From a virus, in IMG/VR virus record IMGVR_UViG_3300009034_000013, positions 1 to 64,000 of that record: DNA of 64,000 nt; one strand, written 5' to 3'. The notes under the pieces were generated by a model, which searched no databases, had not been told where the DNA came from, and worked only from the letters and a program-made list of their open reading frames with translations. The translations under genes were made by a program, and so were the position numbers. Positions 51,173 through 60,482 of the stretch are shown piece by piece. Positions within the stretch are counted from its first letter, which is position 1, and each line of letters begins with the position of its first letter.

Positions 51173-51622
51173 ATGATTGATAATAGAGACGAAAAGTATA
51201 TAGGTTTAATTTATGCATATTTTTATAAGATGACAGGAAAAGAAATTGCAAATATTTTGGATAAAAAACATGTATATAAAGAAGAGGATTTACCTCGTTA
51301 TTCTTTTAATGATAGAAAAGAAATTGTTCGTTCTGATTGTTGGTTCCAATTTGTAGAGCCAGATAAAAAAACATATATACTTTTTGATATTGTCACATGT
51401 GATTACACCTTTCAGGATAATTTATTTGATTATTTTGATGATTATTTTATAAGTGAGAAAAATAAAATTGATCAAGATAATATAATAATAAATGAATGGA
51501 ATACAAGAAAAATACCATATCCTACATATTTTAAAATTACATTAAGATGGAATTATGATTATTGGGGAGAATACGATGATAGTATTGAGATAGTTTTATG
51601 GAAAGGATTAGAAAATGAATAA
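51173..51622 (+). CDS. hypothetical protein
   Basis: GAGG RBS. Confidence 0.55.
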   Translation: MIDNRDEKYIGLIYAYFYKMTGKEIANILDKKHVYKEEDLPRYSFNDRKEIVRSDCWFQFVEPDKKTYILFDIVTCDYTFQDNLFDYFDDYFISEKNKIDQDNIIINEWNTRKIPYPTYFKITLRWNYDYWGEYDDSIEIVLWKGLENE

Positions 51623-51917
51623 GATTAAAAATTATTTTGAAAAATTAAGATTTGATAAAACAAGTCATTTAGGATTGGGTGATATACGATTAACTATGGG
51701 GCAACAAGAAGATATTTTATCAATTATAAAAGATGAAAATAAAGTTAATTTTTTGAAAGAATTAAAATTATTATTAGATAAATATAATGTAAGAATCTGT
51801 GTGTATGATAAATATGATGGAGAAGAAAGAATGTGTGGAAATGAAATATGTTTTGTTAGTAGTGATTATACTATTGATATTGATGAACGGCATATGTTTG
51901 ATGGAATAAAGGATTAA
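51615..51917 (+). CDS. hypothetical protein
   Basis: Coupled ORF. Confidence 0.55.
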   Translation: MNKIKNYFEKLRFDKTSHLGLGDIRLTMGQQEDILSIIKDENKVNFLKELKLLLDKYNVRICVYDKYDGEERMCGNEICFVSSDYTIDIDERHMFDGIKD

Positions 51918-51920
51918 ATA

Positions 51921-52340
51921 ATGAATAATAAATTTATTGTTACAAGTGATTGGCACTTACGGTATGATAAACCAAGATGCCGATTGGATGAAGATTGGAT
52001 TGAAACACAAAGAAAAACTATTCAATTTGTATATGATGAAGCTATTAAAAGAAGCGCAGATATAATTATTTGTGGGGATCTTTTTCATGAACCTAAACCT
52101 AGAAATCCACAAGAATTAGAAATAATGATTATTAAAGCTGCAAAAGAATTTTATGAAAAAACTAATAAATACACATATATAATAATAGGTAATCATTCTT
52201 TATTATATCATAATATTAAAAACAAAGATAAAGGAAGTATAGGTGTTATTTTAGCATCTGGTTATTTTAAGTTATTATCACAAAACGGTATTAAAATAAA
52301 TGATGTAAAAATAAAAGGATATAGTTATGGAGAATGTTAA
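51921..52340 (+). CDS. Mre11/SbcD-like metallophosphoesterase, N-terminal part
   Basis: SDWH, GDLFH, GNH (motifs I-III). Confidence 0.88.
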   Translation: MNNKFIVTSDWHLRYDKPRCRLDEDWIETQRKTIQFVYDEAIKRSADIIICGDLFHEPKPRNPQELEIMIIKAAKEFYEKTNKYTYIIIGNHSLLYHNIKNKDKGSIGVILASGYFKLLSQNGIKINDVKIKGYSYGEC

Positions 52341-52851
52341 AGAGATATGGAAAGATATTCCAGGATATAAAGGAATATATCAAGTATCTAATTTTGGAAG
52401 AGTAAAAAGTTTAAAAAGAAAATTATGGAATGGATCCGGTTATTTTTATTGTAAAGAAAGAATATTAAAGAGTAGTGAAACAAAAAAAGGATATGTTTAT
52501 TATTATTTAAGAAATAAGAGGAAAAAAAGAAAAAGTGAATTCAGTCATAGATTAGTTATGTATGCTTTTGTAGGAAAAAATACAAGTAAAAAAATTGTAG
52601 TAAATCATATTGATGGAAACAAAAGGAATAATTGTATAGATAATTTAGAATATATTACATATAAACAAAATAATAGACATGCTTGGGATATAGGATTATA
52701 TAATGATGAAACAAGAAAGAAATTATCTGAAATAAGTAAAAATAAAAAAGTATCTAAAGAAACGAAAAAGAAAATGTCTGAATCAGGTAAAATTGCTTGG
52801 ATAAAAAGAAAGGAAAGAATGTTAAATGAAAGAAACAGTTGTATTGCATAA
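52327..52851 (+). CDS. NUMOD4-HNH homing endonuclease
   Basis: EIWKDIPGYKGIYQVSNFGRVKS, HRLV, VNHIDGNKRNN..DNLE. Confidence 0.93.
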   Translation: MENVKEIWKDIPGYKGIYQVSNFGRVKSLKRKLWNGSGYFYCKERILKSSETKKGYVYYYLRNKRKKRKSEFSHRLVMYAFVGKNTSKKIVVNHIDGNKRNNCIDNLEYITYKQNNRHAWDIGLYNDETRKKLSEISKNKKVSKETKKKMSESGKIAWIKRKERMLNERNSCIA

Positions 52852-53311
52852 AATGATTTTTAAAAATGAAGTTCCTCCTTTTATAGATGGTTTTACAGCA
52901 AAAGAAATGTTAGAACGATTTCCAATAGCAAAATATATTTGTACTGGAGATAATCATCATGGGTTTATTTATGAGGATAATTATAGATATGTGATAAATC
53001 CAGGATGTTTGATTAGACAAACTGCTGATTTAAAAGATTATCAACCTTTTATTGTTTATTTGGATATGGAAAAAGAAATTGTAAAAAAAATATTTGTTCC
53101 TGATGATTGTGATATAGTAGATGATGAATATTTGAAAGATGAAGAAAAAAGAAATGATAGAATTGAGGCTTTTGTTGATTCGATTAAGAAAGGTAAAAAT
53201 GTTAGTTTGTCTTTTGAAGATAATTTGAGAAAAGCGGTGCTGAAAAATAAAAAAGAGATAGGAAAAGGAGTAATTGATATAATTCAAGAGATTATGGAGG
53301 AAGTGAGATAA
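52826..53311 (+). CDS. Mre11/SbcD-like metallophosphoesterase, C-terminal part
   Basis: VVLH, TGDNHHGF, INPGCLIR (motifs IV-V). Confidence 0.85.
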   Translation: MKETVVLHKMIFKNEVPPFIDGFTAKEMLERFPIAKYICTGDNHHGFIYEDNYRYVINPGCLIRQTADLKDYQPFIVYLDMEKEIVKKIFVPDDCDIVDDEYLKDEEKRNDRIEAFVDSIKKGKNVSLSFEDNLRKAVLKNKKEIGKGVIDIIQEIMEEVR

Positions 53312-53667
53312 TGAAAAAAGATTGTGATACTTGTATGCATAAATGTACTAATATATATCCTTGTCCTAAATGTGATAGTAATAATATAGAAATTTATTTT
53401 GAAAAAAATAATATTGTTATTATTAAATGTAAACACTGTAATATTCAATATAGACAGCAATATAAATATATAACTAAAGAAAAGCTTTTAGAGAAAATGA
53501 TAAATAAATGGAATAATAGAATAAATAATAAATATAAGGTTATGTGGGAAATAATGAAAGATAAAATGACAAAAAGTTATTATGTTTCTCATTTTGAAAT
53601 TATAAAAGTAATACAAGATATAGAGAGAGAATATAATAAAAATTATGATAAAGAGGAAATAAAATGA
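53311..53667 (+). CDS. Lar-like zinc-ribbon protein
   Basis: PCPKC...IKCKHC...KWNNR. Confidence 0.6.
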   Translation: MKKDCDTCMHKCTNIYPCPKCDSNNIEIYFEKNNIVIIKCKHCNIQYRQQYKYITKEKLLEKMINKWNNRINNKYKVMWEIMKDKMTKSYYVSHFEIIKVIQDIEREYNKNYDKEEIK

Positions 53668-53989
53668 CAAATCAACAAAAAGAAATTGTTAGAAATTATA
53701 TAACAGATATGATAAATAATTTTAGTTATTGTGATATTGATTGTATGATTGAAGATAATGGAGATATATTTACACCTCCGGACGCTGATTTGGTAGTGGA
53801 ATATTTGACTAAATTAAAAGTTGTGGAGAAATAAAATGAGGAGAATAACAGCAAGAAAAATAAGAAAATTAGCGAATAAAATTAAATTGAAAGATAATAA
53901 AAATGAAATTCTTTATAAAGTATTAAAGAAGGGATATTATTCTATGAATAGAATAGAAAGAACAAAATATTTGAAAGGAGTAAAATTAT

Positions 53990-54286
53990 ATGACAACAAC
54001 AGAGTTTGAAGATTTGAAAGATAAAATTGAAGATTTGAAAGAAAAGAAAGCAAAAGCAAAAGGAGTGATGGAGGAAATAGAAAAAAATTGGAATGAAAAA
54101 TATGGATTTTTTGATTTAGAATCAGCCGAAAAAAAAGAGCAGGAATTAAAAAATGAATTAAATAAACTTGAAAAAAAGAGAGATAATATAATGAAAAGGA
54201 TTGAAGATATAATGAAAGAAAAAGAATCTGATAAAGAATCTTCCAAAATGCATAAATGGGGTTTATTTGATTATAAAAAAACATAA
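53990..54286 (+). CDS. short coiled-coil protein
   Basis: AAGGAG RBS; heptad pattern. Confidence 0.6.
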   Translation: MTTTEFEDLKDKIEDLKEKKAKAKGVMEEIEKNWNEKYGFFDLESAEKKEQELKNELNKLEKKRDNIMKRIEDIMKEKESDKESSKMHKWGLFDYKKT

Positions 54287-54499
54287 AATATATAAAAATC
54301 TATAATTATGGTAAAAATTGGATTGATCCTGAATTTATTGAAAATATGAAAATGACTATGCAAAAGGAAACAGAAAAAGAAACAGAAAAAGAAACAGAAA
54401 AAGGTAATATTTTAAGACATTTATTGTTTAAATCAAGAATTTTATTAAATATTGATTTTCCTGATAATAATTTTATACACGGAGTAATAGGAGGTTATT

Positions 54500-55114
54500 T
54501 TGTTGAAAACAATAAATAAATATTCAGACTTATTAAATAAACAAATAGGAAAAAGAGAATTATTACAAAAAGAAAAAAATAGTTATGATAATAAAATCAA
54601 ACTATTAGAAAGTAGAATAATTTCTATAGAAAAAGCTCAAATATTTATCCAAAAAGTAGCAAAAGAAACTCAGGAAAAATTAAGATATCACATTGAAGAT
54701 ATTGTTCAAATGGCGTTAGATGCTTGTAATCTTGAAGAGTATGAATTTCGAGTTAAATTTGAAATTAAAAGAGGAAAGACAGAAGCTGATTTAATTTATT
54801 TAAAGGATGATCAGCCGGTTAATCCTATAGATGCTACTGGTGGAGGTGTAGTTGATATTACTGCTTTTGCTTTGAGAATTGCTGCATGGTCATTGAGTAA
54901 AACAGATAATTTAATTATTTTTGATGAACCATTTAAACATATTTCAAAGAACTTAAGAAATCAAGCAGGAGAAATTTTAAATAAATTGAGTAAAAAATTG
55001 AATTTACAAATGATAATTGTAACACATGATGAAGAAATTATGAATAATTCAGATAAGATTTTTAGAGTGAAATTGGAGAAAGAAAATGGATATCTTAAAA
55101 GTAAAACATCTTAA
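54500..55114 (+). CDS. Rad50/SbcC-like ATPase, C-terminal half
   Basis: Signature-like ATGGG, Walker B IIFDEP, IIVTHD. Confidence 0.88.
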   Translation: MLKTINKYSDLLNKQIGKRELLQKEKNSYDNKIKLLESRIISIEKAQIFIQKVAKETQEKLRYHIEDIVQMALDACNLEEYEFRVKFEIKRGKTEADLIYLKDDQPVNPIDATGGGVVDITAFALRIAAWSLSKTDNLIIFDEPFKHISKNLRNQAGEILNKLSKKLNLQMIIVTHDEEIMNNSDKIFRVKLEKENGYLKSKTS

Positions 55115-55121
55115 AAAATAC

Positions 55122-55150
55122 TTTACTTTTTTTGATATATAAAATATAAT
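55122..55150 (+). promoter_or_regulatory. sigma70-like promoter
   Basis: TTTACT-17-TATAAT. Confidence 0.7.
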
Positions 55151-55168
55151 AAATTAAGGAGGAAAAAT

Positions 55169-55465
55169 ATGAAAAATAAATTTTTTAAATTAAGTATTAT
55201 TATTTTGGTATTAATGGGAATAATAATTATAGGTTGTAGTGAAATGGAACAAGAAATGCGAGAAAAAGACAGAATAGCAAGAATTGAAGGACTTTTAAGA
55301 AAAGTTGAAATTTTTGATAAAGGAATTCTTGTAAAAGAATATCAGGGAAAAATGAATATTGAAACAGGAGCAGCGGATAACTTGTGTAGAATTATTATAA
55401 ATACAGGAGATAGGTTTAAAAAAATTATGGTAAAAGCTGATTGTATTATTATTGAGGAATTATAA
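55169..55465 (+). CDS. putative lipoprotein
   Basis: IIGC lipobox; AAGGAGG RBS. Confidence 0.6.
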   Translation: MKNKFFKLSIIILVLMGIIIIGCSEMEQEMREKDRIARIEGLLRKVEIFDKGILVKEYQGKMNIETGAADNLCRIIINTGDRFKKIMVKADCIIIEEL

Positions 55466-55487
55466 ATAAATTTTCAAGGAGTATATT

Positions 55488-56102
55488 TTGAAATATAATA
55501 AATCAAGAATATTTAAAAGAGCATGGAAATATAAAAAGTCAAAAAATGTGGGTATGAATTATGCTCTTAAAAGATCCTGGAGAATAGAAAAAAATACAAG
55601 AAAGGGAACAGATTTAAAAGATTATAAAAATATGATAAGAAAAGTATCTTTTTATTTTTCGAATAAATATAAAGTAGAATATGAAGATGTTGAAGCTCAA
55701 GCATATTTGATTTTTTGTGAAACATTAGAAAAATATGATAATACTAAATCATCATTTTCTACTTATTTATATACAAGATTGAATGGTTATTTAAATTTAT
55801 ATTTAAAAAAGAATATAAATAATGATTATGAATATATAGATGAAGGGAAAGATAAAATATTTGATAAATTTTGTAAGATTTTAGAGTTTTATGATCAAAT
55901 AAATACAGAGTTATCAGAAGATGTAAAAAAGGTATTAGATTATATTTTAAATAACCAAAGAAGAAAAAAAGCAAGTAAATATTCAACAATAAATTATTTT
56001 ACAGAAAAATATAATTGGACTCAATCAAGAGTAATAAGAGCATGGGAAAAGATAAAAATATGGTGGTCTGAAAATAGGAAAGAATATTGTTATGATTTTT
56101 AA
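55488..56102 (+). CDS. sigma-factor-like protein (region 2)
   Basis: EYEDVEAQAYLIF...KYDNTKSSFSTYLY. Confidence 0.7.
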   Translation: MKYNKSRIFKRAWKYKKSKNVGMNYALKRSWRIEKNTRKGTDLKDYKNMIRKVSFYFSNKYKVEYEDVEAQAYLIFCETLEKYDNTKSSFSTYLYTRLNGYLNLYLKKNINNDYEYIDEGKDKIFDKFCKILEFYDQINTELSEDVKKVLDYILNNQRRKKASKYSTINYFTEKYNWTQSRVIRAWEKIKIWWSENRKEYCYDF

Positions 56103-56979
56103 TGTAGCTGAATTTTTAACAGATTATGGAATTCAATATTGGACGGAAGGAAATAATGTACAGAGAGGATGGATTAATATTAGATGTCCGAGTTGTGGAG
56201 ATGATAGTAATCATGGCGGGTTTAATTTAGCTAAAGGATATTATAATTGTTGGATGTGCGGTCATAAAGAATTGGAGAGTATAGTATGCTTATTAGCGGG
56301 TGTTTCTTATATAGAGGCCCAAGATATTATTAGAGAATATTCTGGAAGAAATAGTTTACTAAAATTATTAAATAAAAAAGAAAATAAAAAACAAGTTGAT
56401 AAAATCGAATTGCCTGGTGATGAATTACAAGAAATACATAAAAAATATTTAAGAAAGAGAAATTTTAATCCAAATCATTTAATAAATAAATACAAAATAA
56501 AAGGAACTGGAATTATTGGTTATTGGAAATATAGAATTATTATTCCTATAATATATAAAAATAAAATTGTTTCGTTTCAGGGAAGAGATATAACAGATAA
56601 GCAAAAAAATAGATATATTACATTATCTAAAGATGAAAGTATAATAAATCCTAAAACTATATTATATAATCTTGATAATTGTAAACGTGATATTATTGGT
56701 GTAGTTGAAGGTGTGTTTGATGTATGGCGTTTTGGAAGTAATTTTGCAGCGACACTTGGAACAATTATTAAAAAAGAACAATTAAGGTTGTTAAAAAATT
56801 ATAAGAAGGTGTTTTTTTTATTTGATCCAGAATCAGAAGCTTTGAAGAAAGCAGAGAAAGCAGCTATTTGGTTAAATCAGTATAAAGTTGAAGTTGAGAT
56901 AATTGAATTAGACAATTGTGATCCTGGAGATTTTAGTTTTAATGAAGCAAAAGAAATGAAAAAAGAGATTGGAATATGA
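56092..56979 (+). CDS. DNA primase (zinc finger + TOPRIM)
   Basis: CPSC...H...CWMC, RIIIPI, SFQGR, VVEGVFD, FDPE, DPGD. Confidence 0.92.
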   Translation: MIFNVAEFLTDYGIQYWTEGNNVQRGWINIRCPSCGDDSNHGGFNLAKGYYNCWMCGHKELESIVCLLAGVSYIEAQDIIREYSGRNSLLKLLNKKENKKQVDKIELPGDELQEIHKKYLRKRNFNPNHLINKYKIKGTGIIGYWKYRIIIPIIYKNKIVSFQGRDITDKQKNRYITLSKDESIINPKTILYNLDNCKRDIIGVVEGVFDVWRFGSNFAATLGTIIKKEQLRLLKNYKKVFFLFDPESEALKKAEKAAIWLNQYKVEVEIIELDNCDPGDFSFNEAKEMKKEIGI

Positions 56980-57206
56980 AAGAGGTAAAATAATGTTAAT
57001 TATAATTTTATTGTTGATAATAGTTTGTGTATTAATTGGATTATCAATATATATGAAATATATAGGGAGTAATATTTGGGGAATACCTGTTATTTATGCT
57101 GTGTTATTTTTTGCATTGGTAATGTTCTTTTATAATAGATCTTATCATCTATCGAAATATTCAGATAAAACAACAGAGGAAATATTTTATACATCAGGAA
57201 TAAAGA

Positions 57207-58823
57207 ATGAATAAAATAGTTAAATATGAGAATAAAGAATTGAAAATAAAATTTAATTCTGAAGATAAAACAGAATTTTATAATATTCTTAATAATGTAA
57301 AAACATTATATGGCAGACAATTTCATTCTAATTCAAGAACATGGATAGCTCCTCCTACAAAAGAAAATATAGAATCACTTGCAAAATTTGGTTTTGATAT
57401 GGATGAATCTGTATTTATACTTTTTGAAAAGAAAAAAGAAAAAGATTTTTCTAAAATAAAATTGAAAAAAAAATTATCAAAAGAATTTTATCCTTTTCAA
57501 ATAGATGGCATAAAGTTTTTGGAAAGTAGAAAAGGTAATGGATTGATAGCTGATGCTATGGGTTTGGGAAAAACAATACAGGTATTAGGTTATTTTATAA
57601 TCCATCCAGAATTAAAACCCGTTTTAATAGTTTGTCCTGCTTCTGTAAAATTGAATTGGAAAAGAGAGATTGAAAAATGGACAGATTATAAAGATGAAGA
57701 TGTAAATATTTTATCAGGGAAAACTCCTTATAATACTACATTATCTTGTTTTTATATTATTAATTATGATATTTTAGACAGTTGGAAAGAAGTTTTAATT
57801 GAGAAAAAGTTTGCTATAATACTGTCTGATGAATGTCAATATATTTCTAATGGTCGATCTTTGAGGACAGAAGCATTTAAAAAAATAGCAAGGAAAGTGG
57901 ATAAAAGAATATTTCTGTCAGGTACACCAATAAGAAATAGTCCAAGAGAATTCTTTACAGTTCTGAATCTTTTAAATAAAAAATGTTTTCCTAATGAGTA
58001 TAAATATCTATATAGATTTTGCAATCCTAAATATAATGGTTTTGGCTGGCAGTTTAAAGGGGTAACAAATTGGAAAGAATTACATAATATTATTCAACCT
58101 CTTATGATTAGAAGAGAGAAAAAAGAAGTACTAAAGGATTTACCAGAAAAACGAAAAATAGTTGTACCACTTGAATGTTCAAAATTAGAATATGAAAAAT
58201 ATTTGGATGCTATTGAGAATATAAAGGAATGGGCAGGTGAGGATGAAAAGAAAAGTATAGTTGAAATAAAAAATAGAATGGAATTTATTTCTGGTCTTGC
58301 TTATGGAGCAAAAAGGAATTCAGTTATAAGTTGGATTAAAGATTATATTTCTACTGGAGAAAAATTAGTTGTATTTGGATATCACATTAAAGTATTAGAT
58401 GATATTGAAGCCGCTTTTTCAAAAGTGAAGACTGTTAGAATAGATGGTAGTGTAAAATCTGATGATAGACAAGGATTAGTTGATCAATTTCAAAATGATT
58501 CAGAAACAAAATTATTCATAGGACAGATAAAAGCAGCTGGAATTGGTATAACTTTGACAGCTGCTTCTGCTACTTGTTTTTTGGAATTTTCATGGACACC
58601 AGCAGATCATGAGCAAGCTGAGGATAGAGTTCATAGAATTGGGCAAAAGGCAGATTCGGTATCTGCTTATTATTTGATTGGGGAAGGGACTCTGGAAAAA
58701 GATATTGTAAAATTATTGCAAAGTAAACATGATACAATTAGTAAAGTGATAGATGGAAAGGAGAATGAAAATTTTTTTAAAAAGGATATTTTAATTGAAA
58801 TATTTAATGGTTTGAAATTATAA
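57207..58823 (+). CDS. SNF2-family (SMARCAL1/HARP-like) helicase
   Basis: ADAMGLGKT, DECQ, LSGTPIRN, GITLT, QAEDRVHRIGQ. Confidence 0.95.
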   Translation: MNKIVKYENKELKIKFNSEDKTEFYNILNNVKTLYGRQFHSNSRTWIAPPTKENIESLAKFGFDMDESVFILFEKKKEKDFSKIKLKKKLSKEFYPFQIDGIKFLESRKGNGLIADAMGLGKTIQVLGYFIIHPELKPVLIVCPASVKLNWKREIEKWTDYKDEDVNILSGKTPYNTTLSCFYIINYDILDSWKEVLIEKKFAIILSDECQYISNGRSLRTEAFKKIARKVDKRIFLSGTPIRNSPREFFTVLNLLNKKCFPNEYKYLYRFCNPKYNGFGWQFKGVTNWKELHNIIQPLMIRREKKEVLKDLPEKRKIVVPLECSKLEYEKYLDAIENIKEWAGEDEKKSIVEIKNRMEFISGLAYGAKRNSVISWIKDYISTGEKLVVFGYHIKVLDDIEAAFSKVKTVRIDGSVKSDDRQGLVDQFQNDSETKLFIGQIKAAGIGITLTAASATCFLEFSWTPADHEQAEDRVHRIGQKADSVSAYYLIGEGTLEKDIVKLLQSKHDTISKVIDGKENENFFKKDILIEIFNGLKL

Positions 58824-58838
58824 TGTAAATAAGAATCT

Positions 58839-58946
58839 GATGAGTAGAGTAAACCAAAGATAAAGAATGAGTTATATAGTGAAAGTAAACCAATAAAAGA
58901 GAGCGAGCCAGGCCGAGTGAGTAAACCAGCGCATGAGAGCGTATTT
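58839..58946 (+). ncRNA. TIGR-like dual-repeat guide array 1 (3 units, 36-nt period)
   Basis: GAGTAAACCA-type repeats at 58847, 58883, 58919 alternate with GAGCGAGCCA-type repeats at 58865, 58901, 58937; unique 8-nt spacers. Confidence 0.85.
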
Positions 58947-58996
58947 TTGTAAATGATCATTATATAATGATTAAATAATTTTATAGGGGATATCCG

Positions 58997-59686
58997 ATGG
59001 ATACTACAAAAAAATTAAAAGTTGGGGAATTGATCCTTGACTGGAATTTATGGCCACGTTATAAGGTGGAATTTTTAGATTCTACGAATATAACAAGAAT
59101 GAAACAAGCTATAAAAGCTGGGTTGAAACTTCCGTCTATTATAGTTAATAAAGCTGATTATAGAATAATAGATGGTTTTCACAGAGTAAAAGTTTATAGA
59201 GATTTATTTGGTGAAGAGCATGATATCACTGTTAAATTGAGAGAATTTAAAAATGATGCAGAAATGTTTATGGAATCTGCCAGACTAAATTCTGTTCATG
59301 GATTACCTTTAAGCCCACAAGATAAAGCTCATGTGATTTTAAGAGCAAGACGATTTAAATATCCTTTTCCAGTTATTGCACAAATAATAGGAATGGATGA
59401 AGATACTTTAAAAAAGTTTTATAAATCAAGAATAGCAAAAACTAAAAAAGGAGAAACTTTAGTTTTGGCGAATGGTGCTTCTGATTTAAGTGATTTGGAT
59501 AGACCATTAACAAATAATGAAGAAATACATGCAAGATCGGCTAATGGATGTAAAGCTTCTGTTAATATAGCTTTATTGTTATATGCTTTAAAAGCTGATA
59601 ATGTTAAACTAACAGAAAAAACAGTGTCAAATCTTATACAACTGAAAGAAGAAATAATAAGGATTTTAAAAAAGGCAGGTGTATAA
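58997..59686 (+). CDS. ParB/Srx-like protein with C-terminal HTH
   Basis: LWPR, LPSIIV...IIDGFHR, LNSVHGLPLS; stop codon overlaps the next ATG. Confidence 0.85.
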   Translation: MDTTKKLKVGELILDWNLWPRYKVEFLDSTNITRMKQAIKAGLKLPSIIVNKADYRIIDGFHRVKVYRDLFGEEHDITVKLREFKNDAEMFMESARLNSVHGLPLSPQDKAHVILRARRFKYPFPVIAQIIGMDEDTLKKFYKSRIAKTKKGETLVLANGASDLSDLDRPLTNNEEIHARSANGCKASVNIALLLYALKADNVKLTEKTVSNLIQLKEEIIRILKKAGV

Positions 59687-60480
59687 TGTTAAAAGATAAA
59701 AAAGTTGAGAATTCACTGAAAATATTGATAAGACAATATTATGATTATAGTAATGAAAGAATAGCTATGGATGGAAGATTAGGAATTAAGAAAGATGGGG
59801 AATTAAAGAAGAAAACTCCTGATAGAGATGAAATAATGTTGGCTTATTTATACACAAGAAGAAAAGAAATAATAACTGTGGAGAAAGAAATTGAAAAAGA
59901 AATCAGAAAAGAAGTGAACATACATACTCTGTGGAAAGGATTTTTCGAAGATGTTATAGGAGTGGGCCCAATAATGGCAGCGGTAATTATCACTGAATTT
60001 GATATTAAAAAAGCTAATACAGTTTCAAAATTATGGGCTTTTGCAGGGATAAATCCTGGTATAGTATTTGGGAAAACTGGAAAACTTGGTAATATAAAAA
60101 CCTCTAATATTTTGATAAGACAAGATAAAAAAACAAAAGGATTTTTATGTCCATATAATCAGTTTTTAAAGTGTAGATTGTTAGGTGTTTTGGCAGGAAG
60201 TTTTTTAAAAGCATCATCCCCATATAGTAAGTTTTACTATGATTATCGTTTTAGATTGGTGTCCTTAACAGATGAGGAAAAAGAAAAAAGAGGATTATGT
60301 AAGTCAAAAAATCCAACCGATAAAAATAAACCATATGCTAGTCATATAAATAACAGAGCTAAAAGATATATGATAAAGATGTTTTTGAAAGATTTATATG
60401 TTGCGTGGAGGACGTTAGAAGGATTACCAGTTAGAGATCCATATGCTGATGAATATTTGAATAGAAAACATGCTGGATAA
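59686..60480 (+). CDS. Nop-domain (IS110 C-terminal-like) RNA-binding protein, TasA-like
   Basis: Coiled coil, VIGVGPIMAAVII, SKLWAFAG, YNQFLK, HINNRAKRYMIKMFL; no RuvC/DEDD or HNH domain; flanked by the arrays. Confidence 0.82.
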   Translation: MLKDKKVENSLKILIRQYYDYSNERIAMDGRLGIKKDGELKKKTPDRDEIMLAYLYTRRKEIITVEKEIEKEIRKEVNIHTLWKGFFEDVIGVGPIMAAVIITEFDIKKANTVSKLWAFAGINPGIVFGKTGKLGNIKTSNILIRQDKKTKGFLCPYNQFLKCRLLGVLAGSFLKASSPYSKFYYDYRFRLVSLTDEEKEKRGLCKSKNPTDKNKPYASHINNRAKRYMIKMFLKDLYVAWRTLEGLPVRDPYADEYLNRKHAG

Positions 60481-60482
60481 TT

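Noticed and set aside
52327-52851. Group I intron or intein around the HNH gene
   Set aside because: The ORFs overlap directly, there is no non-coding core sequence, and the flanking halves are not one continuous frame.
54270-54520. Open frame with KETE 12-nt repeats after the A-run at ~54275, possibly a frameshift extension of 53990..54286
   Set aside because: No canonical slippery heptamer in phase and no recognisable domain; cannot be supported.
56579-56941. Possible self-targets of array 2 guides in the primase gene (AGGGAAGA at ~56579, GGAGATTTTAGTTTT at ~56926)
   Set aside because: Only half-site or mismatched matches, expected by chance in AT-rich DNA; no exhaustive search was possible.
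59686-60480. IS110 transposase / insertion sequence
   Set aside because: Lacks the N-terminal DEDD RuvC-like domain; it is flanked by guide-like arrays rather than IS ends.
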